A stretch of DNA of 64,000 nt from Balanoglossus misakiensis (Eukaryota; Animalia; Hemichordata). Below the pieces are notes generated by a model, which did not search any database, was not told where the DNA came from, and was given only the letters and a program-made list of their open reading frames with translations. Positions 1 to 12,760 of the stretch are shown here, piece by piece. Each line of letters starts with the position of its first letter. Position 1 is the first letter of the stretch. The position numbers and the translations under genes are program-made. The DNA is taken from contig CM082587.2 in assembly GCA_040954595.2 (NCBI GenBank), forward strand, positions 8,871,403 to 8,935,402, written 5' to 3'.

Positions 1-1450
1 TTAGCCTGGAACCGTGACCCAGACTTGAAGTACAATTCCGTGGAACTGACAACCATAATAACCCAAACAAATGTATCTTATTTGACCTGTACACTCAGAA
101 GTCTGAACGTCGACTTATTTGTTGTAATGTAGGAATATCACTGACACGACGATTCAGTTCTTGCAACTGATATTGGTAAAGAAAGAAGGGACGTAGGTGT
201 TCGTTTGTTTGTATCCATTATATTCTTTCCTCTCGTTTTTTTCGACATTGAATGGCAGGGTCGTCTTTATTTCCTAAATCAGATCTTCTTCGTGGGTCTT
301 TACAACCGGTGAAGGAACTACCAATCAAATGTGGATAGATTTTCAAGGCGATCAAATGAAAGGGCTTATTTTTGCCTTTACAGTATTGTAAATCACGCAC
401 TTCCAATAATGTGAAGAACTGTAAACGAAACCAATCGAATATGTACAAGAGTGTTTACAAGTCCAACAACACGTATTATAGCTGTACTAAAATTGTCTCC
501 TTAATCTTCAAATTATGAGTGCATAGGGACCTCTAAAACCCCCCGATACTGGATGCTTTACATTTACGATAATCGTTTCTTAGTTTTCGTTCGTGTCTAA
601 TCACAAAGGGCTTAGTTTCTTCATAACATTGCCCATCCGCACATGTGCATCTAGATGTGCGTGGCGTATCGTCATGATCACCAGACTATAACGTTATCTT
701 GTAACAGTTCCCTGCTACTAGTACTAACTCACATCGTCAATCCTTTTCTCAGACACGAGTCTTAAATTCGAAAATTCGCTTCTTTATTGACTTATTTGGC
801 GCGGCGCGGTACTGAAGATTATATCAGGTAATCAATCCGTAATCTTAGTACACGTATTGTTTTCATACAAACAAGGTTTGAACTCTCGAAAGCTTTTTGC
901 CATCCCTTAGTTCTCAAAATCATTACAATTTTGTTGTTTATATAATATGTTCTAAATCAATGTTGTGTGCGACGATTTCCACGAGTTGCAATAAGTCATT
1001 CTCTCGTCAATTTTGCGCTGGCGCCACCTCTGTACAAAAAGTCGATTCATAATCCCCCGTCTTTTGTCACGTTCACTTGTGGTAAAAAAGGCACTTGTGG
1101 CAAAAGGGAAATACACGTACACCTAGCTGAAGAAGATTGATATTCTTACGGTGACATGTGCTACTTCCAAAACCTTTCATTTTGGAGAAAATCAACACGC
1201 TTGAACAACACTGTGAGCATTGGTTTTGAATATTTGACCCAAAGGTCAGGGAATATATAGTCTGCACCAATCAATATGGTACAGTCCCTTATTATTAATC
1301 ATCGTAGCTACAGATAATGTGATGGAATACGGAATTGGCATTTATATTCATGATTGGCCGACCGTCGTTTACGGTGGAGCCGCTGGCTACCTGAACATTT
1401 TACTAACTACAGGGAGCGTTCAGTTATTATGAGAGGGGTGGTCCATCTTA

Positions 1451-1824
1451 TTCATCGTTTTGCACTTTCGGGGGTGCCGCGACTCCCTCAAGAGGTTCCA
1501 AGTCTTTTCGTTTCTGAATAACAGCCCCGCGGACTTTTACCTTTTGCAAGAAACCTACACACTCTCACAGGGTGAACAGCCCTGATCCCATTCACAAAAC
1601 TATTACAATCCAACTGCTGGCTAATTGTCCTCGAATTAGTCGAGTCAATCGTGAAATTCAGGACAAAGATTTTATCTTTCGAGTACTTCATATAAATACA
1701 GTAAACAACTTATAAATAATCGCACACCTGGCATTGATGGGATTTTACAAAACATTCATGTCAAACTCAATCAAAGAAGGTATCCCACCGCTATCTTGCA
1801 GAAGAGCTATAATAAGCATTAGAC
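1451..1824 (+). pseudogene. Tx1/L1-clade non-LTR retrotransposon ORF2 remnant, 5' part (endonuclease N-terminus joined by internal deletion to the pre-RT region)
   Basis: Manual translation from 1451 gives FIVLHFRGCRDSLKRFQVFSFLNNSPADFYLLQETYT, like the Tx1 APE start (N.NGCR....FQV.SFL......FLQETH). It is followed by NNRTPGIDG (cf. KSPGxDG) and NSIKEGIPPLSCRRAIISI (cf. GELPLSCRRAVLSL). Stops and frameshifts are present. Confidence 0.85.
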
Positions 1825-1828
1825 TTAA

Positions 1829-2514
1829 GGTGGCATTGCATGATACCGTCGAGACTTTTTCAGAGGCCTATTTCTCATCAAAGACAAAGTTAAAACCCCC
1901 ATAAACCATATATATTCTAGAAGCTGAGATTTTGAACTTTTGTTTGAGTTGCAAATATTATTGGTATTAATGGTGGCGATTTTGGGTGAAAAAAAACATT
2001 TTTTGATATTATGTCATGAAATTTAAAATAGGTAAAAAAGTTGACCATGCATCATGCATCTTAATATGTCATTCGAAACTGCTTCCATTGAGGAGCAACA
2101 CCGTTTGAAAGTTAGATTTTTAGTAACATTTAATCAAATTCACGGTGAGTTGTATTGAATCAGAGTTTATTCCCGCCAGGGACACTTTATCGACTAACAA
2201 AAATACCGTTTTGTTGGATGGGTCATACACAATCCCCAGTTAAAATTTGAGCAAATTCGGCCAACGCAGAGCGAAGCTATTTTCGTCTGAAGTTGTCAAG
2301 AGCAGCGAAAATGCAAACTGAGAAAAACGGCTATTTGCATTGTTGACACCTATTTGTTAAGCTGTGAACTCATTCAGAAAAGTGCTATTTTGGGGTGATT
2401 ATGCACCATTTCCGCCAAGACGTATTAGTCAGGGTGTGGGTCAGTATAAGGCCTACCGATTTATGTAAAAAAGTAAAATTTGGCAAAAATCACAACTTTT
2501 CATGCAATGCCACC
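1829..2514. mobile_element. Non-autonomous DNA transposon, family A (Kolobok-like), complete copy
   Basis: Perfect 15-bp TIR GGTGGCATTGCATGA (1829-1843) / TCATGCAATGCCACC (2500-2514), with TTAA on both sides (1825-1828, 2515-2518). It has no ORF, and a second copy of the interior lies at 62165-62689. TTAA TSD with RR..YY termini fits Kolobok rather than piggyBac (CC..GG). Confidence 0.88.
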
Positions 2515-2518
2515 TTAA

Positions 2519-2770
2519 GTCAGGTGGCATTAACGTAGCAATTATAAAATTGTCACCAAAATACTTCCCCTTTGCTTGCGTTCAGTACTAGCTTTAATTG
2601 TTCAATGTGATCAAAGTTGCAGCATACCCGGGCGGTACAGACAACATCTCAGTTCTTAGAGACTGTGTCAGTTAATATGCAAATCGGAGTTGTGGCGATT
2701 GATCAAGAAATGGCATTTGATCGTATCGATAATGATTATCTCTCCAACACACTGTCCGCTTTCGGTTTTA
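2519..2770 (+). pseudogene. Tx1/L1-clade ORF2 remnant, reverse-transcriptase N-terminal motifs (continuation after the family A insertion)
   Basis: Frameshifted translation NYKIVTKILPLCLRSVLALIVQCDQSCSIPGR / DNISVLRDCV / GVVAIDQEMAFDRIDNDYLSNTLSAFGF matches the Tx1-type DYKI..K.L..RL..VL..VIH.DQS..VPGR...DN...IRD and DQEKAFDRVDH.YL..TL.A..FG motifs. Confidence 0.88.
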
Positions 2771-4565
2771 ACCTTTATCTATTTTAATTCACCTATGTTC
2801 TGTTCACTCTCACCATACCCAAATCATTTCCTTCTCTTTTCACCTGACAGACATTTTACTCGACTGGTAATTCGCCCCCCCCCCCCCAAATTCTGACTGC
2901 TCCTGCAACACACAATGCTGACAGTTTCATTGTCGTTGTCTGCATCCGGTCTGGACACTGTACTTCTGACGTGACCGTAATGGTCACTGGATACATAATG
3001 GTTCATATACTATATACTATATGTCGCACACACCTAACCACTCATACTACTTGTCTTCATGTTTACGTTTTTCGTCGGCTAATGTTGCTGTATCCCCACA
3101 ACCATAATTGTACAACTGTAACGCAACATCTAGATCCATACCAGCATTCAATGTGACTTCCTATAAAAGCACAGACGTTTCAACATACCAAGACATAGCT
3201 GTAGCACGACCAACCAAATACTGCAGTCAACACCGGATGCCAAATGATTGCTTTTCAGTAGAAACCTTTAAACGTCTCACACTTGATTTGATTGTCTTGT
3301 AAATAATATTTTTTTAGTTCATTGAAGATCTTGTTGAGAACTACTCGTACTTCTCTCCGATTTAGTGATCTCAGAATTAGAATACTTAGAATTTACAATA
3401 CGGACCAAGGTTTACGTCATACTCATGCCTATAAACGTATTGTCTTCAAAAAAAGACAGAAACCTAAATGCAGTCATTACAAATTTAAAAATAATGCCAC
3501 GCAAGTTTTAAAATAATAGTAAACAATGACAATTGTTATGAATAAAGGAGTGTTTTCTTGGGACCTAGAAATGTTTAGGCATTTGTACCCCCTCCCCCGA
3601 TTGTGAGTGACAGTTTTACCAACCACCGTGATGCACCCACTAAATGATGCATGATATATTCTAACGATAGTATACTCGCTTAGATTATTTTCCATTTAAA
3701 CTTATCAAAGCGCTAGCAAAGATCGAAATCATTAGATTTGAGAATTACTTTTACTGCAACAGAAATATGTTTTGCTTATAGTGCGCCTGCAGGCGTCAGA
3801 ACAGTGAAAGTCTCTCGCGAGTGGCTACTGCGTGTCTACTCCACTCTCTCTCCCCTCTATGACAGTGAACAAGAGGCGTACTCAAGCATAAAGTTTCGCG
3901 TGCAAACATTCAGGGTCCACGGCAAAGATACGTTCAAGACATCACGTAATACTAAGAGCGGTAAGAGTTTTGAACGCCCAACACTCATGTGTACTGCAGA
4001 ATCTGAAATATGCAAACGAAGATCAAAGTTCACTTTAAATAGTGGGAACAATAATATGCATACCATGCCCACCGATATTGATCTTTATGCGGAGAAGTGA
4101 TATACCACATTGTATGACATTTGGTTCAGTACATGTAGTAGCAGTTTTCAAGTGGATTTCAACAGTGTACATTGTCATTGTATGGGAATCCCAAATTATG
4201 GCCACGAGCTCAAAACGACTCTTGCTCTACCTCTAAGCCCAATAGCAATCAGGAGAGGTTTAAACCATTCATCATCCTATCAAATTTCAGAAAAAGTTTC
4301 TAAAGTGTCAGTAATTGGAATCTATGGCTAACGAATTGCGACATACGGGAGCATGCAGTGTGATCACATAAGTCCGTTGGACTTTCAGTACATATAACTG
4401 AAATTCATTTATGAAAACAGCCACGATATCAATAAGGAACCATATGTTCTTTAGCTGCAGACTGCAAAATGTCCTCAAAAATACAATATTCATATTTTGG
4501 CCGTTATTTGAAGAACATCTCTACGTAACCTAACATGAAATGAGAGCAATTGCGCGAGTGATTAA

Positions 4566-5541
4566 AGCCCCATGAGTTGCAACTTTTGAGAAATTATCAT
4601 GAAATGTATGTTCAAATTAAACTATACTAATATTAGTCCATAAGGATGTATGCGCTGAAGTATATACATACACGTATTACAAACCCTAAGTAAGCGAGCA
4701 TATGCAAGTTTTAACCAGATCAGTCATAAAGCTTTGCCGCAAAGGAGTATGGTCACCACCGAGGAAAAATGCAAAATACAACGAAAACCATGCATTCCTT
4801 TCTTTGAAATGCCATAAACAAAACATGATCTTATTCACTAGAACACTTGGAAGTAAATGTACTCCACTTTATTTTTCATTGCCATTTTTCACTTTTTTTT
4901 TAAATTGCGGGAATTTTCAACTGTGTAGTGATATTTCTTTATTATTATACATCTAGTGCCGAGAACAATAGATTTTGGCGTGCAATAAAAAGCCGTACGG
5001 AACGGTACGTACGGAACGCGCGTTAAATAAGCCTTAGTTTCAAGGCGCCCCAAACTCACCGTGTACAGGTATGCGCTGTTATGCGAACGGTTTCAAGGCG
5101 CCCGCATTCCAACGCACGTGCGCACACGTAAACAAAAAACAAAGATGGCTGCTCACTGAGTCAACTGAGCGGTTTTCGATCGATTGTATCGGCATTTTGG
5201 GCGTTTTGAAAGCCAAGTAACATGCAACACAAGAACTAACGGAGATGTAAGATGTATAATAATAAGGTTATTACGAAAATACCGCAAAGTATGCACTCGG
5301 ACATTAGCGCAGCGCATCGCCCTCCGCTACGCGTCGGGCGATACTCAGCGCTAATGTCCTCGTGCATACTTTGCGGTATTTTCGTAATAACCTCATAATA
5401 TTTTTAATTTGGACATTTTTCGCATATAAGGGTTTGTATATCTTATCAGTCAATGTATTTAATAGACAAAATTGAAAGCATATATACATGTACAAGTATT
5501 TAAAGATTTGACATTTTCATCGAGTTGCAGCTCATGAGGCT
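4566..5541. mobile_element. Non-autonomous DNA transposon, family B (Kolobok-like), containing a nested hairpin element
   Basis: TTAA(4562-4565)-AGCCCCATGAGTTGCAACT ... AGTTGCAGCTCATGAGGCT-TTAA(5542-5545): a 19-bp TIR with 2 mismatches. Confidence 0.8.
4940..5400 (-). mobile_element. Crypton-like non-autonomous hairpin element (copy 1), nested in family B
   Basis: A 129-bp near-perfect palindrome at 5265-5393, plus a perfect 15-bp inverted repeat TATTATTATACATCT (4940-4954) / AGATGTATAATAATA (5250-5264) that brackets the rest of the element. The architecture matches 27591-27902. The Crypton assignment rests on remembered resemblance to CryptonA/Eulor-type hairpin repeats. Confidence 0.65.
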
Positions 5542-8306
5542 TTAATGAAAAGAATTTTCGGTGAAGTGGTGGTGTGATAGTTAACTTTGTGAATGAGATG
5601 AAGTAGCTAGGAAAGGCCACTATTTTTGCGACCTAGATTTAAAAAAAATGACCAGCCTCCCCATTTTCAGTTCTAACTATTGACAATTTACAGGCTCTCA
5701 CATCCCGCCGCTAATATTCCCGATTACTATACATCTGTGCCGGACTTGGCATGATTTTAATAGGTCTCACAGCAAGCAATTACAGTAACCATTCGATAAT
5801 TTGTTCTCAGTTGGTGAACTATTTGGTGACAGAGTGCAGACTAATTCGTGATGCAGGCTTGCAATTATCGAAATTAAGGTACTTAGGGGGTCGTCGATTA
5901 TAAATTATGCCCCCCCCCCCTCTCGGTTTTCAAACAACAAGTCATGTTCAATAGAAAGCGACGATACAAAATCTCACTCTTTCTTTTCTTCTGTATTGCA
6001 TTTTACAAATTTTGAATTACAGCTCCAAGTAATAAAACATTAAAATGGCAATTCTGGAGCAAGGGAAAATAGATGTGTTGCTAACAAAATCTGGGACAAT
6101 CTCTTCAATGCATCATGTATCAACTTTAAGTGAAATGTGCAAATCTTAAACTTATACACAATTATAATCCCTTAAAAACCACCGTCGTAATGGTGTTTTT
6201 ATAAACTGGTATCTTGATATATTGATTTAATTATATTTGATAAATCCTTCCAAAACGTGTAAGAAAGTTGACATACAGAAGTGTGCATATTAAGTAAAAA
6301 ATATATTCGTCCTTACACGGTTTTGACAAATTACAAAACTAACTTGGTTGTTATTAACAATTAGCGCTTGCTATAAACATTGCATAACGTATTTCAAGCA
6401 TATTTACGACCAATGTGGTGCAGCACACTAACGTTAAAAATGATAAACATTTCTCAAGTTTTAACTTTTAAAATGATCTTAAAATAAATTTGCCAGATGT
6501 GATATGTGTCGCTCACTAATGTTCATATTTAAACAACAACACGATCATTGACATTGTTCACCCTATGCCTATCAATTACAGTTCTGTTGATAATGCGAAT
6601 ATAAAATCTTCATTATATTTTAACGACTGAAAAAATATTCCCTTATAAATGGGTATGTGGCATTTTTGCTGCGTTACTTTTATAATTGACTTTTCCCTAG
6701 TGTGATGAGTGATCACCTTTAATAACGATTACCCTTCAGTAGCATCTATGTAGCAGTCTTCTTCGTAATGATATTTAATGGGAAGGAATCCATACATGAC
6801 ACTGTATCTCAATCAACAAGATGGAATGAAGGACATGGCGAATCCGTATGATAACAGCAAACGAGAAAATCAATCTTTCACACTCATACCTCAAGGGAAT
6901 GTTACAAAAGGCGGCCTTTTTACAAAAAAATCATCTATCTTGATCACCTTATCTGAAGATTACTACGCATCCCCATTCCGGTCGCGTTTGGCTTGCTACC
7001 TAACGATTGAGGGCGCGAGTCAGACAAATGCCACTTTATAATGGTGAGTTGGTGATTTTTTTTTTGCTCTTTTATTCCATTCCTATGTCCTCTACAGGCT
7101 TTATCGCTATATCAGATAGAATGTACATGTTGTTAAACCCAGAATCGGAATGTCTTGATTATCGTACAAAGAAAACCACGTGTGTCAACGAACACAGAAA
7201 TGCGCATTTATGCACGATTCTGTATCGGTCTCTGTGCCCATTAGAACACTGTAGTAGCCAGGCATCTACTTGTCTTCACCACCAAGTGGTTCATTGCGCA
7301 TGTGGCCTGTCAAAGAAAATCACCTGTCTTCATTAACAGAAGGTCGCTTGAAAATGGGCGCAATTATGTAATTATTCTAAATTTATAGGCCAAAGTAGAC
7401 AGCTGTCCCAGTTGTGGTAATTTTCCTGGTATAAGAGGAGACTGATTTTACACTTGCAAAATAGCTCATTATTATAATTATGATAATACATTTTAATCGT
7501 GTTGATGGTCATGTTTAGTTGGCATCGTTACCTGTGTGACTCATATAAACATTTATATTATGGCAGGAAAAGGATTTGACGGAGATGCCTTAAATAGTTT
7601 GGCCGTTTATCATCTTAAAGACGGCCATTTACCTTCTGAAAGATTTAACCTATGACAAAATGAACACTAAATGTTTGTGTGTTTCATTGCATGCGGCATT
7701 CATTTTCCTCAGTAAACCTTCACGTATATGGAAAATTGCTTTTCACAGGGGTTTACGTTGCACCGACAATCGGCTACTGTATTTCCTCATTTTGCCAATT
7801 TGATATCCACGCCAAAAATGTTTTACTATACATATCTATAAATCCACATATCAATAAGATTGGTCTCCCAGACTTCACATGAGCGGGTGTTCCATGTTAT
7901 GATGTTTATTTCTATTTTCTATGATTTACATCTCCACTCCACTCATAAATACCGCCTTCTAATCCCATAGACATTGTAGAAGTTCAACGGAAAACCAGTT
8001 TTATAAACATTTGTCACGTGATGTTTAGCGGTCTGGATCAAAATTTTAAAACCGAATAACATACATTGACAGCGGAATGTTATTCGCTAACATCCGTGGT
8101 GTCATTCTAATGTACACCCATGGCTTTAAGTACATATAATTAACAAAAGACAGTCAAAGTGTGAACTGAGTCAGACATTTTCCATAGAGACGTTAATCTA
8201 CCGCATAGATACACAAAATAACACACAATAGAATAAAATATTTTCTCATGTGCATATTTTCAAACATCAAATTGTTGAACGACTGTTTTAATTCTGACAA
8301 ACATAC

Positions 8307-8385
8307 CTGTCCAGTTGTAGGTTTCGTCAGGCACATCACAAAGTATATCCGTCATTGTGAAATTGTCTCTTTGGTCAGCACTCAC
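8307..8385 (-). CDS. Putative internal coding exon (79 nt, phase 0 to 1) of an unidentified gene
   Basis: Minus strand: pyrimidine-rich acceptor cttgtccttactccctag, open frame VSADQRDNFTMTDILCDVPDETYNWT+G, donor CAG|gtatgt. No homology recognised. Confidence 0.4.
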
Positions 8386-10630
8386 CTAGGGAGTAAGGAC
8401 AAGATGTTTCAGTATCGGTAACATGAAGCTTTTGTGAAACCCTATCATGTATATAGCAAACAAGATGTATAGCTACGCTGGGTGTCCATCATGCGTACAA
8501 GTGGCAGTAAATAGAGCTAGCTCTTCTTTCATGGCACGGCATATGTTAATGTCCACTTTTGAAATAGACCAATCAGAGCCTGCAGATCTTCGGCAAAATA
8601 ATGCCCAGTGGATCCGAACCAATCAGAAGCGCTTTCTTGTGTGTATAGATAACATGGCTCAGTTAGTCATAATGTGCGTATGTCTGACTTGCTGTCAGCG
8701 TAGAAGCGTACGACCCTAGTCGTTGTGCAATGAAAATTCGAACTTTAACATAGCCACAATGGAAAAGAATGTCATAACATATAAAAGACACCCACAGACA
8801 CATTATGTTAACTACTAGTATGTAATAGAGTGTATCTTATCTATGAGAAGAAATGGGAAACGCACACACATACTTTGCCTGGAGTGCTCATACACTAGAC
8901 CGATATTTGGGATAAAACAAATAGTTTTCCGAATTCTCTTAAAAAGAAGCAACGCGGTTTCCAAGTGCTGCCTGACATTCAAGTAATGAGTTCAAAGCAC
9001 ATACATGTCAGCAGCGACACTACCCAATAGATGTCTGAAGAGTCTTGAAGAACACTCGTAATGAGATATCCCGTTCTACACAACCTTGCAGATTAGGTCT
9101 CGATATTGGAGTCTCTTCTCCAAACATCCTAATAACTTGTAAAACTCAATCCCTTTCGGAGAGAATACATTTCTTCTCATTTTGCTGTCGGCGAAGTTGG
9201 TTTGCCTAATGATATTTTCCTATCACACACAAAACAGTATTCTACCAGTATAAATTAACCCGTTTCTATGACAACACAGGGATAGTACTCATGCAGCTGT
9301 GATGTTGAAATGTGAGTGCGTGATTCTCATTGCCGAATTGAAAAAAAAATCGCGATACTTTTGTAACCATTCAAGCTATCTGTAATCAAACAAGGCACCG
9401 TGAAAATATTGAACCGCCACCAGATTGCAAGAAGGAAGAAAGGGGTCTGTGATGACATCAACGAAGGTCTGGGATTTAATTATGAGCGGTGATATTCAAT
9501 GACTTATTCGTGTCGCCAAGAAGCACGAACCAAGTCTTATTTTGCAGTGTATCGGTAACGTTAGTATAATAAAATTGTTTGAAATGTACTCGGGAAATTG
9601 CAAGGAAAATGTTTAGATTACACTGGATAAAGTATTTGTTTTCATTTAGTCACTCAACGAATTGTTCTATTTGTTAGAGGTTGACAGCCTGCTGGTATGC
9701 ATTACATTGTAAAGTGATTTCAATGGATTACAAAGGTAGATCCATGTATTTTAAAAGTATATCTGCAATTAATATCAATGCCAGCTCTATTAGACACTTG
9801 ACATAATCCTCAATTTTCAAAACAATTGACGTTTAGAGTCATGCAAAAAAACAACTTTCGGAAAACAAGACTTATTATACTTTCCACAGGAACATGCGCA
9901 GTGCACGTATTGTTTGTTTTTGTGGAATGGTTACCTCCCATGTGCATGTTTTTCTTGTTAGCCAGTTTTACTCTGTTTTGATGGCAGTTATAAGGAAATT
10001 AACACATTATTATTTATATTCTTATTTTTATTCATATTATCATAATTATATAATTCCTTATTTGATTATTGTTACAAGAAATTGACTCTGCGCCAGTGTC
10101 TGGCAAGAGACCACCCGGATAATCTGGCAACTCAGCGTTCTTGCAGTGTATGTACATATCTGGCCACAAACAATGCCATCTAGAGGGCAAATCACAAGCG
10201 TTGACTGTTTGGCCGTGCGTCTTTGACCGAACATTTCATGACATTACAGTTAATACACGTAATATTTTGGTGATAATATGTAAGTTTTTAACCACGTGAT
10301 AGGACATTTCCGCCCGGGGATAGTGCACGTGATAGGGATGTCTTGATCCACGGTTATGTATTACTTAATAGCGGTGCCTCCATGACAGTACACAAGTAGA
10401 TTAATGCACTATTTTTCACAAAGTGGCATTGTTAGTTGAAGGTATCACTGAATTAACACCGCTTCAAGTGGTTTGAGATCACAGATAACAATCACCAGGA
10501 CCAAACAATAGTTTCATGTAGCCGTTTCATTTCGTTTTTAATTATTTGTTTTCGTATTCATTTATCAGAGAAGGGAAACAAATTTTCAGTTTCAGAGCAT
10601 TTGAAGACATCGCTGCAACGCCCACGTCAC

Positions 10631-10864
10631 CTTACAACAAGCGTTCCTTGTCGGGATTAAATTCCATCCACTGTTTTGAAGCACTTTCATTTGGCAATGG
10701 CGTGTCTGGGGCAATGTATGTATCTGCTGGTCGAAGCCATGCAAGGTCGCGCGTGGCAATTGCCTTCTGAGGTAGCCGTATTTTAACGCCGATGTGATGA
10801 TAAAGGAAATAGATGTCAGCATGGCGCTGAGTGTCAGTTAAAACCCCCTCAGAACGTAGGTCGA
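10631..10864 (-). CDS. Putative exon of an unidentified gene (reading frame ambiguous)
   Basis: Acceptor tatgtttcag before 10864, and GC content is higher than the flanks. One frame is open from the acceptor to TAA (xDLRSEGVLTD...PDKERLL*). Another runs from gccATG at 10822 to a possible AAG|gtgacg donor at 10631. Confidence 0.3.
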
Positions 10865-12575
10865 CTGAAACATAATTATTCAGCTCATAAATCCAAAATA
10901 CGCGATATGATATATTGTGATATAGCGAGAACATTGCGTGTTTGTTGTATTACGTGCCCTTCTTTCTCAGAATAATACAAATAATTAATTGAAGCGAATT
11001 ATATTAAGCAATCATGTCATAAAACTGTTCTTTTTATTATCACCTAATAAGTTCAGCTATTTGTGTTACTGGCCTCAATCCATATTTAGTACAAACAGTT
11101 TCAAATCAACCATTTCGTGGCGGATTTGGCAATTTTATACTTTTCAAACAGATGGTTAGGAATTGATGGCTCTCTAACTTTGAAGGGAACAGCATTTTTC
11201 GTTCACGGACGTTTCCATAAAAAGACTAAACTCACGAGATTTCTGAACCCAAACGGACAACCACTGTATGGTACACATTATTTTGATGTGTTTACATTTT
11301 TGATGACTAAGCAAAATCACTTTACACTAGGCTGTTTTGTCTTATATGGGCAGAAACATAGCGATATATTGGACGGAAAATTTACCATAAGTATGAGTTG
11401 AATAATGAACATTGTGTAAAATTGGGACAGTATTCCCACCTGTGCTGAGGCTCATTTGTGTGTCACGTGGGTTGTGATGTCACTGTCTCACATGAAAAAA
11501 AATTATAATACGTACATGTATACAACAAATCATAACATTTGCGAAATTCACAAATCTACGTCAGGGGGAGCACGCCCCCTCACCTCTCCCGGGACAGCTT
11601 ATGGAGCCATCATTATCAGCGGCCTGGGGGGTCGGAGGAATTAGAGGGGGTCACTCAAAAATGGAAAGCTGGAAGGGGGTTTCTCAAAAAGTTGAGACGA
11701 AGAAGGGGCACTCATTTTTTGGAAATCTAGCACACTATTTCAACTGAAATATTTAGTCGTGTACAGGTCCGGCAGCACTCCGCGACCGAAGGTCTCGGAG
11801 CACCAGAGTGTTCATACGACGGAATTCATTTTTGTTATTTCACCCTTACAACCCATCATGATGCAACTGATGATCACCTAGCAGAGTGATCCTAGAGTTG
11901 GAAGGTCTATTACACTATCATATCAGTAATTTATACAGCCATCTGGCTACAAGGGACAGATTTGTGTCTGTCATGGCAAATTCAAAATGCAATAGTTGGT
12001 CGCCTGCCAGGAACGCCTGACCATTTATTCAATATTCCACGTTTATCATATAATCCTGTCCCCAACAAATAATGTCACCTCTGCTTACACAATTACTTTG
12101 CATTTTTTCTTAAAATTGATATCTCAATCTTCGTCCACCAATCTTTCCCGTACCGGTCAGGTTATTTGGATAATGAGATGTTAATCACCTAGTTAGTGTC
12201 ATTTAGGCCGTTTACATTGCTCAAAAAGACTAGGCCCTTGTCCTAGCCAGGTACGTGGCCGAGCAAAAAAAAAAAACAGGTGTGAACGGGTTGGGCCAGC
12301 CATTGTACGGACAATTTTGTGACCCAGTCGAAAGGGGCTGTCTGTGGCCGACCCTGGTCACAGCCCGGTGTGTGTGGAAACGTTTGTCCGAATCTGGTCC
12401 CTGTTGACGCCCTTTACAGTTGACATAACATTTGACAATGGTGAAAATCGTATAAACAACCAGAAGAGGACGAACAGGGTTCTGCTTTATAAGCGTTAAC
12501 CCAGCAATTATGTCATACACTCTTGAATTCATTCACGCAACCCAGTTAACTCAAAGTATAACAAGCAGTGTTTAA

Positions 12576-12760
12576 AGGTATACGGTCACCTCCAATTTGC
12601 ATACGCCCGTATATGGCTGAAATGGCGTATTTAAGCGTTCTAAAGAACATATGGTGGCGCTCTTTTTTTCGCGTGTGCCACCCACTGAAAATCCGTGATT
12701 GGCTAGATCTCAATTCGCCATGGTAACTATAGCTAATTTTCTATAGGTGACCGTATACCA
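12576..12760 (+). mobile_element. MITE family C (Kolobok-like), copy 1
   Basis: TTAA-AGGTATACGGTCACCT ... AGGTGACCGTATACCA-TTAA; the interior is colinear with 15991-16176. Confidence 0.85.
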
